64,000 nucleotides of DNA, from contig CAVYGB010000002.1 of assembly GCA_963767925.1 (NCBI GenBank), positions 192,001 through 256,000 of the forward strand, in the 5' to 3' direction. The notes beneath the pieces were generated by a model. It was not told where the DNA came from, searched no databases, and saw nothing but the letters and a program-made list of their open reading frames with translations. Made by a program: the position numbers and the translations under genes. Source of the DNA: an uncultured delta proteobacterium (GTDB lineage: Bacteria > Myxococcota_A > Polyangia > Fen-1088). Shown piece by piece: positions 18,599 to 29,539 of this stretch; position 1 is the first letter of the stretch, and each line of letters opens with the position of its first letter.

Positions 18599-20341
18599 AT
18601 GGCGCCGATGCCTCGCTCTCCCGATCGCGTCAGCCGCTCCGCTCCCCGATCGCCCGGCCCGGTCCCCCTCGCAGCCGCGGCGCTGCTGGCCGCCCTGCTC
18701 GCGACCGCCTGCCAGGAGTCCGAGCCCGGCGTCGAGGCGCGCGACACCGGCCTCGGCGAGGCCGACGCCGCCACCGATGCGCCTCTGCCCGACGCCAGCA
18801 GCGACAGCGCCGACGGGCGCGACGCCGACACCGGGTCGGGCGATGGGCCGCCCGCGGTTCCCGTGCCGCTCGGCCAGATCGTGCCCCGTCCGGTCAGCGT
18901 GACCCCCGCGACCGGCGTCTTCCTCCTGAGCGAGGCCACCCGGATCGAAGTGGAGCCGGCGGACGAGGAGCGGATGGCCCTCGGGCAATACCTCGCCGCC
19001 CGCCTGCGCACCCCCACCGGCTTTCCCCTGCCGGTCTCGGCCGCGACCGGCGCACCCACCGCCGGCGCCATCCGCCTGACCACCGCGAACCCCGACGCCA
19101 CCCTCGGCGAGGAGGGCTACGAGCTGCGGATCACCGCCGACAGCGTCACCCTCGCCGCCGCCCAGCCGGCCGGCATCTTCCACGGCCTGCAGACGATCCG
19201 CCAGCTCCTGCCCGCCGCGATCGAGCAGGCGAGCTTGCGGCCGGGGCCCTGGCCGCTGGCCGCCGGCACCGTGCGGGACCAGCCGCGCTTCGCCTGGCGG
19301 GGCGCGATGCTCGACATCGCCCGCCACTTCTTCGGCGTCGAGATCCTCGAGCGGTACATCGACCTGCTGGCCTATTACAAGCTCAACCGCCTGCACCTGC
19401 ACCTGGCCGACGACCAGGGCTGGCGCATCGTGATCGACGCCTGGCCGCAGCTCGCCCTGCACGGCGGGTCGACCCAGGTGGGCGGCGGCCCCGGCGGCTA
19501 CCTGACCAAGGCCCAGTACGCCGGCGTCGTCGCCTACGCCCGCGCCCGCTACATCACCATCATCCCCGAGTTCGACGTCCCCGGGCACACCAACGCCGCC
19601 CTGGCCTCCTACCCGGAGCTCAACTGCAACGGCGTGGCGCCGCCGCTCTACACCGGCACCGACGTCGGCTTCAGCTCGCTGTGCATCGACCTGCCCATCA
19701 CCGAGCGGTTCGTCACCGAGGTGGTCGCCGAGCTGGCGGCGCTGACCCCCGGCCCCTACCTGCACATGGGCGGCGACGAGGCAGCCGCCACCAATCCGGC
19801 GGCCTACGTGCGCTTCATGAGCAAGGTGCAGGGGATCGTGCGGGCCGCCGGCAAGGAGCTGATCGGCTGGGAGGAGATCACCGCCATCCCCGACCTGGCC
19901 ACCACCTCGCTGGTCCAGCACTGGGCCACCCCCGCGCTGGCCCAGCAGGGCAAGCAGCAGGGGGCCAAGGTCATCATGTCTCCCGCCTCGCGGGCCTACC
20001 TCGACATGAAATACGACGCCAGCACCCTCCTCGGGCTGACCTGGGCCGGCTTCATCGACGAGCGGCGGGGCTACGAGTGGGACCCCGCCACCCAGATCCC
20101 CGGCATCGGCGAGGCCGACATCCTCGGCGTCGAGGGCCCCCTCTGGGCGGAGACCATCGCGACCCGCGCCGACCTCGAATACCTGGCGATGCCCCGCCTG
20201 GCCGGCCAGGCCGAGATCGGCTGGTCGCCCGCCGCCGGCAAGAGCTGGGACGAATACCGCGTCCGCATCGGCAGCCAGGGCCCCCGCCTGGCCGCCCAGG
20301 GCGTGAACGTCTACCGCTCGGCCCTCATCCCCTGGCAGTGA
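18599..20341 (+). CDS. GH20 beta-N-acetylhexosaminidase (lipoprotein)
   Basis: DQPRFAWRGAMLDIARHF, HLHLADDQGWR, HMGGDE, LWAE; lipobox ATAC. Confidence 0.95.
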   Translation: MAPMPRSPDRVSRSAPRSPGPVPLAAAALLAALLATACQESEPGVEARDTGLGEADAATDAPLPDASSDSADGRDADTGSGDGPPAVPVPLGQIVPRPVSVTPATGVFLLSEATRIEVEPADEERMALGQYLAARLRTPTGFPLPVSAATGAPTAGAIRLTTANPDATLGEEGYELRITADSVTLAAAQPAGIFHGLQTIRQLLPAAIEQASLRPGPWPLAAGTVRDQPRFAWRGAMLDIARHFFGVEILERYIDLLAYYKLNRLHLHLADDQGWRIVIDAWPQLALHGGSTQVGGGPGGYLTKAQYAGVVAYARARYITIIPEFDVPGHTNAALASYPELNCNGVAPPLYTGTDVGFSSLCIDLPITERFVTEVVAELAALTPGPYLHMGGDEAAATNPAAYVRFMSKVQGIVRAAGKELIGWEEITAIPDLATTSLVQHWATPALAQQGKQQGAKVIMSPASRAYLDMKYDASTLLGLTWAGFIDERRGYEWDPATQIPGIGEADILGVEGPLWAETIATRADLEYLAMPRLAGQAEIGWSPAAGKSWDEYRVRIGSQGPRLAAQGVNVYRSALIPWQ

Positions 20342-20412
20342 GCGCCCGCGCGCGGCGCCGTCTGCCACGTCGAACCGCACGCCCCGGCCAACCGCCGTCG
20401 GGAGCCGGAACA

Positions 20413-20550
20413 TCGTCACCTCTCCCCGCGGTCTGCCGGGCGGAGAGGTCTGCGCGTCTGCGCGACGGGTGAGGGGCCTCCGGCGTGGCAACCTCCCCTC
20501 ACCCTGACCCTCTCCCCACGGCCGCAGACGGCCGCGGGGCGAGGGCAAAC
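20413..20550 (-). repeat. Family A element between convergent genes
   Basis: Reverse complement of 41242-41381 with few substitutions. Confidence 0.85.
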
Positions 20551-20606
20551 GGGCAGCGGGGGACCGGACTGAACAGGTTTGGCCCGCTTCGCCGGCTACC
20601 GCAATC

Positions 20607-21317
20607 TTACTTCTGCCCTTGCCGGCTCTCCCAGTCGGCCAGGCGCTGGCGGGCCTCCTCGCGGACGCGGCGGTCGGGGTCGTTCTTCGCGGCCTGCAGC
20701 GCGGTCTTGACGGCAGGGTCGTCCAGGAACCGCTGCAGCAGCTCGACCGCCTCGGTGCGCGTGTTCGAGTCGCGCTCGCGGGTGAGGATGCCGATCAGGG
20801 GATCTTTCATCGACGGGTAGTCGAGCCGGCTCAGGTGCCTCAGGGCGTCCCTCCGCAGCGGGGCCGCGACCGAGGCATCCTGGGCGAGATCGAGGGCCGC
20901 CCGGGCCACCTCCTCGTTGCGCCCGTCGCGGAGCTTGCGCAGGTTCAGGAGGGCATCGACCCGCTCGCTGGCCGGGCGCCCCCGGTCGAGGAACGTGCGC
21001 CGCGCCTCCTCGGTCGGGGCGGGAACCGGCGGCACCGCCACCGCCCCGCCGGCCGCACCCGGCGCCGCCGCCGCTGCGCCGAGCTGGGCGGGCGTGGGAA
21101 TGCTGCTCGGCCGCGCGGCCCCCGAGCCCAGACGCTGCAGAGACATCGCGTTCGCGCGCGTCGCCACCCGCAGGTCCTCGAGCTCCGACGACAGCACGTC
21201 CACCCGCTCTTTCAACGCGGCCACCTCCCGCTCGCCCGAGTCGGTCCAGTCGACCGCGAGGTGGATGAGCCCCAGCAGCAAGGCGATGGCGCTGACGAAG
21301 AGCGGCAGGATTCGCAT
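20607..21317 (-). CDS. Membrane-anchored HEAT-repeat protein
   Basis: N-terminal TM, coiled coil, LRRDALRHL / TRTEAVELL / DPDRRVREEA HEAT-like repeats. Confidence 0.8.
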   Translation of the reverse strand: MRILPLFVSAIALLLGLIHLAVDWTDSGEREVAALKERVDVLSSELEDLRVATRANAMSLQRLGSGAARPSSIPTPAQLGAAAAAPGAAGGAVAVPPVPAPTEEARRTFLDRGRPASERVDALLNLRKLRDGRNEEVARAALDLAQDASVAAPLRRDALRHLSRLDYPSMKDPLIGILTRERDSNTRTEAVELLQRFLDDPAVKTALQAAKNDPDRRVREEARQRLADWESRQGQK

Positions 21318-21510
21318 GTGGTCTCGCGATCGTCGTTAGCGCGGTTGCGCCCGCAACGGCAACCCCTTTTCCTGGCCACCCCCGTCGTGGTCGCCGACGC
21401 GGCCGGCGCCTCTAAGCGGGTCAGCGCGACCCGATCGGGCCAGCGACAGGCGCCGCGAACTAGGGACTGTTTTCGAAGTAGTCGGGTCCCCTCGCTTCGC
21501 TCGGGCCCGA

Positions 21511-21675
21511 CTAGTCCCCTGGAAAGGTGAAGTCTTGCATATGTCGGCGAGGCATCTTCGTTCCTGGCAAGGCGCGAGGAGGGCGAATACCTGGCGTATT
21601 TAGCCGACGAGCAACGCAGCCAGGGACGAAGAGGACCGGCGAGATATGCAAGAAATCACCTCTCCAGGGGACTAG
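21511..21675. mobile_element. 165-bp MITE-like long hairpin bounded by CTAG
   Basis: About 57-bp imperfect arms ctagtcccctggaaaggtga..tcttgcatat and atatgcaaga..tcacctctccaggggactag; lower GC; no ORF. Confidence 0.8.
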
Positions 21676-22457
21676 CAGCCGATAGGGACCAGGGCCCGGA
21701 CGCGGAGGATCTCCTCGGCGGGCAGCGACGGGCTCGCGAAGCGGAGGGTGACGTCGACGTCGACGGCGCAGGGGAGCGGGCCGGGCCAGGTCACGCTGCC
21801 GCTGCCGGCGGTGGCCGCCGTGACCGCCGGGGCGGGCAAGGCCCCGGGGGCGCAGTCGCCGCCGGCGGTGGCGCCGGCCGCTTCGACCTGCCAGGTGTCG
21901 GGCAGGCGCAGCGGCAACACCGACTCCGTGTCGGGCGCGCGCAGGGTGAGGCGGAAGCAGAGGTTGCGGCCCGGGTCCGACTTCACGATCACCAGCCGGT
22001 CCAGCCCGCCGTGGAGGACGGCCGCCGCATAGCTGCCCGGTGCCGGTTGCGGGTCGCCGCCGTCTCCGCCGCCGCCCGCGTCCCCACTGTTGCCGCCGGG
22101 GCCATCGATGGTGGCGGCGTCCGGCGCCGGTGGCGCGCTGTCGCCGGGGCTCACGTCGGCTCCGTCGATCGGCCTGCCCTCCGACAGGCCCCCGTCGGAG
22201 GCCGCCCCGCCATCCGGGGCCCCGGAGTCGGCGCTGCCATCGCCGGCGGACCCGGCGTCCGCCCGACCTTCCCCCCCGCCGGCATCGCGGACAGCGTCGG
22301 TGGGGGCGTCGCGGCCGCCGCCGTCAGCGGCATCGGGGGGACCTCCAGCTCCGCGGTCCGGGCAGCCAGCGGCAGCACCGACAAGCATCGCCAGCAGCAG
22401 GACGGTCGATCCGCGAAGTGACAGTGCGCACGACAAGGGAGAATCAGAGCCTAGCAC
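21672..22457 (-). CDS. Hypothetical lipoprotein (start uncertain)
   Basis: Lipobox AAGC, D/G/A-rich linker, compact Cys-containing C-terminal domain. Confidence 0.7.
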   Translation of the reverse strand: MLGSDSPLSCALSLRGSTVLLLAMLVGAAAGCPDRGAGGPPDAADGGGRDAPTDAVRDAGGGEGRADAGSAGDGSADSGAPDGGAASDGGLSEGRPIDGADVSPGDSAPPAPDAATIDGPGGNSGDAGGGGDGGDPQPAPGSYAAAVLHGGLDRLVIVKSDPGRNLCFRLTLRAPDTESVLPLRLPDTWQVEAAGATAGGDCAPGALPAPAVTAATAGSGSVTWPGPLPCAVDVDVTLRFASPSLPAEEILRVRALVPIGC

Positions 22458-22566
22458 CTCGGGTGCAGTCGCGGATCCGGGGTCGTCACGGACAAGTTGA
22501 ACAAACCGCCCCGGCGAACGTTATTCTGCGGCTGGTCCCCGCCCACCCGCACAGGAGCCGAACCTC

Positions 22567-24825
22567 ATGAGAGCGCGAACCCGATCGAGCAGCCTGGTGA
22601 CCTTTGCAGCGGCGGGAGCCGCGCTCGCGCTCGTCGGAGCGGCGGGGTGTGGCGACGCCGGTCCCGCCTCCGATCCGGGCGCCGCCAGGGGCCTCGAGAT
22701 GGGCGCCCCGCTCACCGGCGACCCGCCCGGCTACGGCGGCGGCGGCCCTGCAGCCGCCGTGAGCGCCGAGTACCAGTTCCCCGCCACCATCGATCCCGAG
22801 GTGCAGGGCGACCGCTACACCGAGCTGTGGGCCCGCGTCTACCGCCCCGAGCAGCTCGACCCCCTCCGGCCCCACCCGCTGCTCGTGTTCCTGCACGGCA
22901 ACCACGCCACCTGTGGCCACGGGGAGAACCCGCGCATCGACAACGATCGCACCTACACCTTCTCCGGCACCTGCCCGCCCGGCTACGTCGTGGCGCCGAG
23001 CCACGCCGGCTACGAATACGCCGCCACCGAGCTCGCCGCCCTCGGGTACGTCGTCGTGTCGATCAACGCCAACCGGGGCATCAACGCCGCCCCGGGCGTG
23101 CCCGGAGACGCCGGGCTCAACCTCGCGCGCGGGCGGCTCATCCTCAAGCACCTCGCCCTGCTCAGCCGCTGGAACCGCGGCCTCGAGGCCACCCCCGCCT
23201 CCCTCGGCGTCAACCTGGCGGGCCGGCTCGACTTCGCCAACGTCGGGCTGATGGGCCACTCGCGCGGGGGCGAGGGGGCGCGCGCCGCCTACAACCAGTA
23301 CCGCGATCCGGACAGCCTCTGGCCCCTCCGCATCGCCGACCCGGTCACCATCCGCGGCATCTTCGAGATCGGCCCGGTCGATGGCCAGTCCGCGCGCACG
23401 CTCGACGCCAGCGGCGCCCGCTGGACCGTGCTGCTGCCGATGTGCGACGGGGACGTGTCGAACCTGTCGGGCGTGCGCCCCTTCGATCGGATGATGCGGG
23501 CCGCGGGTGAGCAGCCGCCCCGGTTCAAGGCGACGTTCACCGTGTGGGGCACCAATCACAACTACTTCAACACCGAGTGGCAGCTCTCCGATTCGAGCGG
23601 CTGCACCGGGCACCTGCCGCTGTTCACGGAGGGGCCGGGCGTGATCGGCTCGGCGCCCCAGCGCGAGACCGCGCGCGTGGCGCTCACCAGCTTCTTTCGC
23701 GCCGCCGTCGGCACCCAGCGCCAGCCCGACCAGGCGCAGCTCTTCAACCCGCTCTACCCGCTGCCCCGGTCCCTCACCCGCATCACCCGGATCGAGCGGG
23801 GGTACACCGTCTCCTCGGATCCGCGGGTGAGCGTGCTCCTCGAGGACTTCGCCAAACCGACCGGCACCGGCCGCTCCGGCCTGCCCACCACCACGAGCGA
23901 GGTGATCGTCGCGCACCAGGCGCTGCCCGAGCATGACAGCAGCCACCGGGGCGCGCGGTTGACCTGGACCGCGGCGGGAGGCGGGACGTTCTTCCAGACC
24001 AACCTCACCGAGGCGGGCAGCGGCCTGCCGCTGAGCCGCTTCGGCACCCTCGACCTGCGCGTCGACCGGGCGCCCAGCCCGGCCAACCCGCCCGAGCCGA
24101 CCAGCTTCTCGGTCCAGCTCGTGCACGCCGACGGCACCCTCTCCGGGCCGGTGGCGATCGCCCGCTTCGTCAAGCTGATCGGTCCGGTCGGCGGCCCCGC
24201 CAACCGCCTGCACATGATGTTGCAGACCACGCGCATCCCCCTCGGCGAGTTCCCGGGCGCGCAGCTCGACGCCGTCCAGGCGGTCCGCCTCACCTTCGAC
24301 CGCACGGCGACCGGGAGCGTGCTGATCGCCGACCTGCGCGCCTCCGGCTCCTCCGCGCCGGCCTCGCAGGTCGCCGGCAACGGCGACACCGATCCCGACC
24401 CCGACCCGCTGCCCACCGTCGTGGAGGGCGTCGTGAACGAGCCCGACCCCGTCCCCCTCCCCACCGCCTCCGCGACGCCGATCGCCCCCCGCCTGGTGGC
24501 GGGCAACACCGTCCGCGGCATCGGCCCCACCGCCGTGGCCGGCGTGATCGAGGGGATCCAGCCCAGCTGGCTCGACGTCGAGCTCGAGAGCCCCGTCCCC
24601 TTCGCCGAGCAGGCCGAGCTGCTGCTCCTGCAGATCGGCGACACCGAGGTCGAGCTGAGCCGCCACCCCGAGACCGGCAGCGACCAGCGCCTGGTCTTCA
24701 CCCTCACGCCCGAGCAGACCGCCTCCCTGCAAGACGGCGACGACATCACCGTCCGCTACGGCGGCCCCCACTCCCCCCTCGTCTGGACCTTCGGCCCCCT
24801 CGACGCCAGCCTGCTACCCCCATAA
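22567..24825 (+). CDS. Secreted alpha/beta-hydrolase lipoprotein
   Basis: LVFLHGNH, GHSRGG nucleophile elbow, DGDV, NHNYFNTEW; lipobox AAGC. Confidence 0.88.
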   Translation: MRARTRSSSLVTFAAAGAALALVGAAGCGDAGPASDPGAARGLEMGAPLTGDPPGYGGGGPAAAVSAEYQFPATIDPEVQGDRYTELWARVYRPEQLDPLRPHPLLVFLHGNHATCGHGENPRIDNDRTYTFSGTCPPGYVVAPSHAGYEYAATELAALGYVVVSINANRGINAAPGVPGDAGLNLARGRLILKHLALLSRWNRGLEATPASLGVNLAGRLDFANVGLMGHSRGGEGARAAYNQYRDPDSLWPLRIADPVTIRGIFEIGPVDGQSARTLDASGARWTVLLPMCDGDVSNLSGVRPFDRMMRAAGEQPPRFKATFTVWGTNHNYFNTEWQLSDSSGCTGHLPLFTEGPGVIGSAPQRETARVALTSFFRAAVGTQRQPDQAQLFNPLYPLPRSLTRITRIERGYTVSSDPRVSVLLEDFAKPTGTGRSGLPTTTSEVIVAHQALPEHDSSHRGARLTWTAAGGGTFFQTNLTEAGSGLPLSRFGTLDLRVDRAPSPANPPEPTSFSVQLVHADGTLSGPVAIARFVKLIGPVGGPANRLHMMLQTTRIPLGEFPGAQLDAVQAVRLTFDRTATGSVLIADLRASGSSAPASQVAGNGDTDPDPDPLPTVVEGVVNEPDPVPLPTASATPIAPRLVAGNTVRGIGPTAVAGVIEGIQPSWLDVELESPVPFAEQAELLLLQIGDTEVELSRHPETGSDQRLVFTLTPEQTASLQDGDDITVRYGGPHSPLVWTFGPLDASLLPP

Positions 24826-25105
24826 CCGGGTGCGGGCCCGTTCCCGCGCCGGGCGCCGGCGCGGGGTGGCTACCGGGCGTTGCAGGCGCAGCCGGCGGGC
24901 TTGCGGCAGACCTTGCTGCAGGAGATGCCCGAGTCGCCGCAGGCGCAGCCCCCGCAGCCCTGCGCCGACGAAGCACGGGCTGCGCCCCGGCTGCCGTTTT
25001 TGCGCGTCCCTCGGACACCCTCCCAACCTCCCGCTGGGCCTCGGAATCCAGGTAGCGGCTTCGTTTCTTCGTGACGTCGGCGTGGTCGGGTCACCTACTG
25101 GGGTC

Positions 25106-26147
25106 ATGCGCACGCACAGCCGTCTACCGGATCTCGCGATCTTGCTTGTCTGCGTCGTGGGCGGAGGCTGCCAGCCGACCGCCGAGGGGCCCACCAATCC
25201 GGGCGGCGGTGGCGGCTCGGGCGGCGCGGCGACCGGAGCGGCGGGGGCAGCGGGAGGGGCGGCGGCCAGCGGGGGAGGCTCAGGGACCGGCGGCGCGAGC
25301 GGCGCGGGCTCCGGCGGCGGGGGGGCGGCTCGGCGGGCGGGCGGGGGCCTCCGGCGGCGCGGGCGCATCGACCGGCGGTACCGCTGGCGGCGGATCCGGT
25401 GGTGCCGGGGGCAGCCGCGACAGCGGCCGGGCGGACGCGACTGCGGCGAGCGACCGCGGCGCCACGGCGCCCGATGCGCCTCCGTCCGGCAGCGGCGGGC
25501 CCTTGCCGCCGGCGGTTCGCAAGGTCGTCATCCTCCACGATGCCAACGCTGGCGGCAGCGCTACCGATCCATCGCGCAAGACCATGGTGGACATCCTCAA
25601 CGGGATGAAGGACTCGCACGGGATCGTCGTCGAGCTGATGGACAGCCCCACGAAGGCCACCGACCTGATGGACAAGGCGCTGGTGATCGTCGGCCCGAAC
25701 GCGAGCATGTTCGGGGACAACCATCCCGATCCCGGGCTGAAGACGCTCGCCATCCCGATGATCGTCAGCAAGGACGGCAACACCACCGAGATCGGGCTCG
25801 GTCGTGTCGCGGCCACCGATCCCCCCACCTTCGATCGCATCACGATCGTCGAGCCCAATCACCCGCTGGCGGCCGGGCTCCCGGCGGGCAACCTGGTCGT
25901 GATGACGACCCCGAACCGCCAGCGGATGATCACCTTCACGGGGCTCGGCCCGGACGCCATCAAGATCGCCACCAGCCCCCAGGGCGCAAACGCCTTTTCT
26001 CTGATCGCCTACGAGAAGGGCGGCGACATGGGCGCCGGCCTCAAGGCCCCCGCCCGCCGCGTGGGCTTCTTCTGGCACCGCCCGGCGGCCGTCAACGCCC
26101 AGGGCACCAAGCTGTTCCAGGCCGCCGTCGACTGGGCCCTCCGCTAG
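25106..26147 (+). CDS. Gly-rich lipoprotein, apparent frameshift near 25320
   Basis: Signal and GGGC in one frame; globular domain (VRKVVILHD..RRVGFFW..LFQAAVDWAL) in the +1 frame; switch falls in a G-run region. Confidence 0.7.
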
Positions 26148-26272
26148 CAGCCCGGGGTGTGGCGGGGGTCTCATGGGACGGTGGCGTGACGGGCGGCGGC
26201 GGGGGAGGTGGGGGTAGACTCCTGAAAAATGGGCGGTCGCCAACGGGCGGGCGCCGGCGGTGTAGGGAGGGC

Positions 26273-29200
26273 ATGAGCGTCGATAACCCCACGATTCATC
26301 CCGAGGAGCTGCTCGCACATGCGGCCTGGCTGCAACGGCTGGCCGCGCGGCTGGTGGGGTCCACGGCTGCGGCCGAGGACCTCGTCCAGGACACCTACGT
26401 CGCGGCGTTGAAGTCGCCGCCCCACGGCGATCGATCGCCACGGCCCTGGCTGGCCCAGGTGCTGCGCAACCTGGTGCGCAACCGGGCGCGCGGCGATGGC
26501 CGCTCGGCGGCGCGGGTCCGGCGCGCCTCGGCGGGCGAGGCGAACAGCCTTCCCAGCGCAGAGGATCTGCTCACCCAGCACGAAGCGCGGCGGCTGGTCG
26601 CCGAGCTGGTCTCGCGGCTCGAGGAACCCTACCGATCGACGGTGCTGCTCTGTTACGGGCAGGGGCTGACGCCGGCAGCGGTGGCGACAAAGCAGGGGAT
26701 CCCCGCGGGCACCGTGCGCTGGCGGCTGAAGCGGGGGCTCGACGATCTGCGATCTTCCCTCGATGCGCGCTACGACGGGGATCGCCGGGCCTGGTCGGCC
26801 GCGCTGGCTCCGCTGGCCGCGGGCGCCGCGCAGCTCGGCGGCGCCGTCCCGGTGACCGCTGGGCTCAAGCTCGCGGTCGTGGTGCTCGCCGCTGCCGGCT
26901 TCGGCCTGTGGCTGGGCACGCGCTCGGAAAGCACGGAGAGCATCCCGGAGGGCGCGGTCACCGCGCGCGCCGCCGCCAACCTCGCCCCCTTCCAGGCCGG
27001 CGCCGAGCGCGGGCCCGCGCCGCCCGCCCCCGCCGGTGGGCCGCAGGGACAAGGGCCACAGGGCGGACCGCAGGCGCTCCTCGCCGTGGCGGCGGCGCCC
27101 GCCCAGCCGGGCGGCGGCGCCGGGGGGCCACCCGTCCCGCCGGCCGAGGCGATCAAGAAGGCCATGGAGGTCGGCAACGCGCCGGTCAAGGGGGACCCCA
27201 AGGCGCCGGTCACGATCGTGGCCTTCAGCGAGTTCCAGTGCCCCTTCTGCGCGCGGGTACAGCCGGTGCTGGCGGAGCTCATGACGAGCTACCCCAAGGA
27301 GGTACGGCTGGTCTTCAAGAACCTGCCGCTCCCGTTCCACGAGCACGCCAAGCTCGCCGCCGAGGCGGGCCTGGCCGCCAACGAGCAGGGCAAGTTCTGG
27401 GAGATGCACGATCGCCTGTTCGCGAACCAGGACGCGCTCGATCCGGTCGCGCTCGTCGCGCACGCCGAGGCCATCGGGCTCGACGTGGCTCGCTTCCGCA
27501 AGGCGCTCGACGAGAAGCGCTTCCTGGCCGCGGTCGAGGAGGACATGCGGGTGGCCAAGGCGGCCGGCCTTGACGGGACCCCGTCGTTTCTCGTCAACGG
27601 CAAGCCGATCGTGGGCGCCCAGCCGCTGGGGGCCTTCAAGAGCGCCGTCGACGGGGCGCTCGCCCGGGCGAAGGGCCTGCCCGAGCCGCCGCCGCCAGCC
27701 CAGGTCGGGTGGCCCCCGCCGACCCCGCCCAATTCGCCCCCCGCCGATCCGGCCGCCCTGCGCGCCGCCGTCGAGTCGGCCACCGCCCCCTCGAAGGGCG
27801 CCCCCCGGGCACCCGTGACGATCGTGCTGTTCTCGGAGTTCGAGTGCCCGTTCTGCGCGAAGATCGTGCCGACCATGAACGAGCTCCTGGCGGCCTTCCC
27901 GGACGAGGTGCGCCTGGTGTGGCGAAACCTGCCGCTGCCCTTCCACCAGAACGCCGCCCCGGCGGCAGAGGCCGCGCTCGCCGCCCACGAGCAGGGCAAG
28001 TTCTGGCCCATGCACGATCGCCTCTTCGCCCACCAGCAGGAGCTGGGGCCGGGGGCGCTCGAGGCGCACGCCAAGGCGGTCGGGCTCGACCTCGACCGCT
28101 TCCGCGCCGCGATCAAGGACCGGCGCTTTCGCAAGGTGGTCGAGGCGGACCTGCAAGTCGCCCAGGCGCACGGGATCCACGGGACCCCAACCGGGGTGAT
28201 CAATGGACGGATCCTCGCGGGCGCCCAGCCCCTCGAGCGCTGGAAGACCTCCGTCGACCGCGAGCTGCGACGGGCGCGCGGCCTTCCGGTGGTCGAGGAG
28301 CCGGCGCCGGTACGAGGGGTGCCGCCCACCGAGCGGCCACGCCTGGACGTTCTCCGGGGCCAGTGGCCCCCGCCCCGCCTGGCTCTGCCCGACGAGGTGC
28401 TCGGCGAGCGCCTGCGCGTCCCCTTCCCCACCGGCGACGCCCCCTCCCTCGGTCCCGGTCGGGCAGTGGTCGAGGTGCTCTACTTCAACGACTACGCATG
28501 CCGGGGGTGCGGCCTCGGCAAGGTCATCGTCGACGGCTTGCGGGCCAGCTACGGCAAGCACCTGCGGATCGTGGCTCGCCCGGTGCCTTACGCGTCCTCC
28601 AGCAGCCCCGGGGCCCAGCAGGTGGCCGAGGCGGCCTGGGCGGCCCACGCCCAGGGCAAGTTCTGGGCCATGCACGACAAGATGTTCAGCGGCGGTTTCG
28701 AGATGGATCGGGCCACCCTGGAGCGTTACGCCGCCGAGATCGGGCTCGACGTCGACGAGCTCAAGGCCGCCCTCGACGATGGCCGCTTCCGGAGCAAGGT
28801 GAAAGAGGACGTCGAGCTGATCAGCAGCGCGGGTCTGCGGGGCCGGCCCCTGTTCGTCGTCAATGGCCGTCGCGCCGATGGCACATCTGCGCTGGTGCAG
28901 CTCGTGGAGGCGGCGCTCACGAAGGCGGGGATCAAGCCCCCGGTCCTCGCGCCAGCGCCCGGCAGGCCGCCAGGATCGAACGCCGTTGTGATGCAGCGGC
29001 TGTCGGTGCCGCAGCAGTTCCACCTGGAGAAGCGCGACGAGGGCTGGGCCGCCACCGTCGAGAAGGAGGTCGGCCCGCTCGTCGAGCGCGACCTGCGCGC
29101 GCTGGACCCGCGCGCCAGCGCCAGGCTCGAGTGCCGGACCAGCCTGTGCCGGCTGAGCTTCCGATCGGAAAAGGGGCAACCCGCCCTCACCGCGTTCGCC

Positions 29201-29434
29201 CGCCAGGTGTACAAGGCCGACCTGCTCGCCGGGGCGCCGGCGGGCCAGGCCCAGGCGTTCCTCGTGGTGGGCGAGCAGCGGCAGGGGGTGGCGCCAACCA
29301 CCGGGGTGGCGCCGACCACCGAGGAGAGCATCGCGCGCCTGCGCTCGCGCCGATCGACCCAGCTCTTCTCGCTGCGCACCGGCCGGCTGGCGCCCGATCC
29401 CGACCTCCCCCTGAGCAAGCTCCCTCCGGAGTGA
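26273..29434 (+). CDS. ECF sigma factor fused to TM helix, three DsbA/thioredoxin-like domains and a C-terminal CRxxxC domain
   Basis: AEDLVQDT (sigma2), GIPAGTVRWRLKRG (sigma4), FSEFQCPFC..GTP, FSEFECPFC..GTP, FNDYACRGC..GRP; GGAGG RBS. Confidence 0.92.
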   Translation: MSVDNPTIHPEELLAHAAWLQRLAARLVGSTAAAEDLVQDTYVAALKSPPHGDRSPRPWLAQVLRNLVRNRARGDGRSAARVRRASAGEANSLPSAEDLLTQHEARRLVAELVSRLEEPYRSTVLLCYGQGLTPAAVATKQGIPAGTVRWRLKRGLDDLRSSLDARYDGDRRAWSAALAPLAAGAAQLGGAVPVTAGLKLAVVVLAAAGFGLWLGTRSESTESIPEGAVTARAAANLAPFQAGAERGPAPPAPAGGPQGQGPQGGPQALLAVAAAPAQPGGGAGGPPVPPAEAIKKAMEVGNAPVKGDPKAPVTIVAFSEFQCPFCARVQPVLAELMTSYPKEVRLVFKNLPLPFHEHAKLAAEAGLAANEQGKFWEMHDRLFANQDALDPVALVAHAEAIGLDVARFRKALDEKRFLAAVEEDMRVAKAAGLDGTPSFLVNGKPIVGAQPLGAFKSAVDGALARAKGLPEPPPPAQVGWPPPTPPNSPPADPAALRAAVESATAPSKGAPRAPVTIVLFSEFECPFCAKIVPTMNELLAAFPDEVRLVWRNLPLPFHQNAAPAAEAALAAHEQGKFWPMHDRLFAHQQELGPGALEAHAKAVGLDLDRFRAAIKDRRFRKVVEADLQVAQAHGIHGTPTGVINGRILAGAQPLERWKTSVDRELRRARGLPVVEEPAPVRGVPPTERPRLDVLRGQWPPPRLALPDEVLGERLRVPFPTGDAPSLGPGRAVVEVLYFNDYACRGCGLGKVIVDGLRASYGKHLRIVARPVPYASSSSPGAQQVAEAAWAAHAQGKFWAMHDKMFSGGFEMDRATLERYAAEIGLDVDELKAALDDGRFRSKVKEDVELISSAGLRGRPLFVVNGRRADGTSALVQLVEAALTKAGIKPPVLAPAPGRPPGSNAVVMQRLSVPQQFHLEKRDEGWAATVEKEVGPLVERDLRALDPRASARLECRTSLCRLSFRSEKGQPALTAFARQVYKADLLAGAPAGQAQAFLVVGEQRQGVAPTTGVAPTTEESIARLRSRRSTQLFSLRTGRLAPDPDLPLSKLPPE

Positions 29435-29539
29435 CCACCCCCGAGCCGCCCCGCCCCGCGCCCCTGATTCTGCGGGGGCTACCGGGGCCGGGCGGGTGGG
29501 TTCGGCCCGGGGCCGCGCGCGGGTGAAGTAAACTTGGCC

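Noticed and set aside
24830..26272. N-terminal 480 aa of the 1534-aa ORF
   Set aside because: Open-frame run-through over a separate frameshifted lipoprotein gene; the sigma gene has its own RBS and ATG at 26273.
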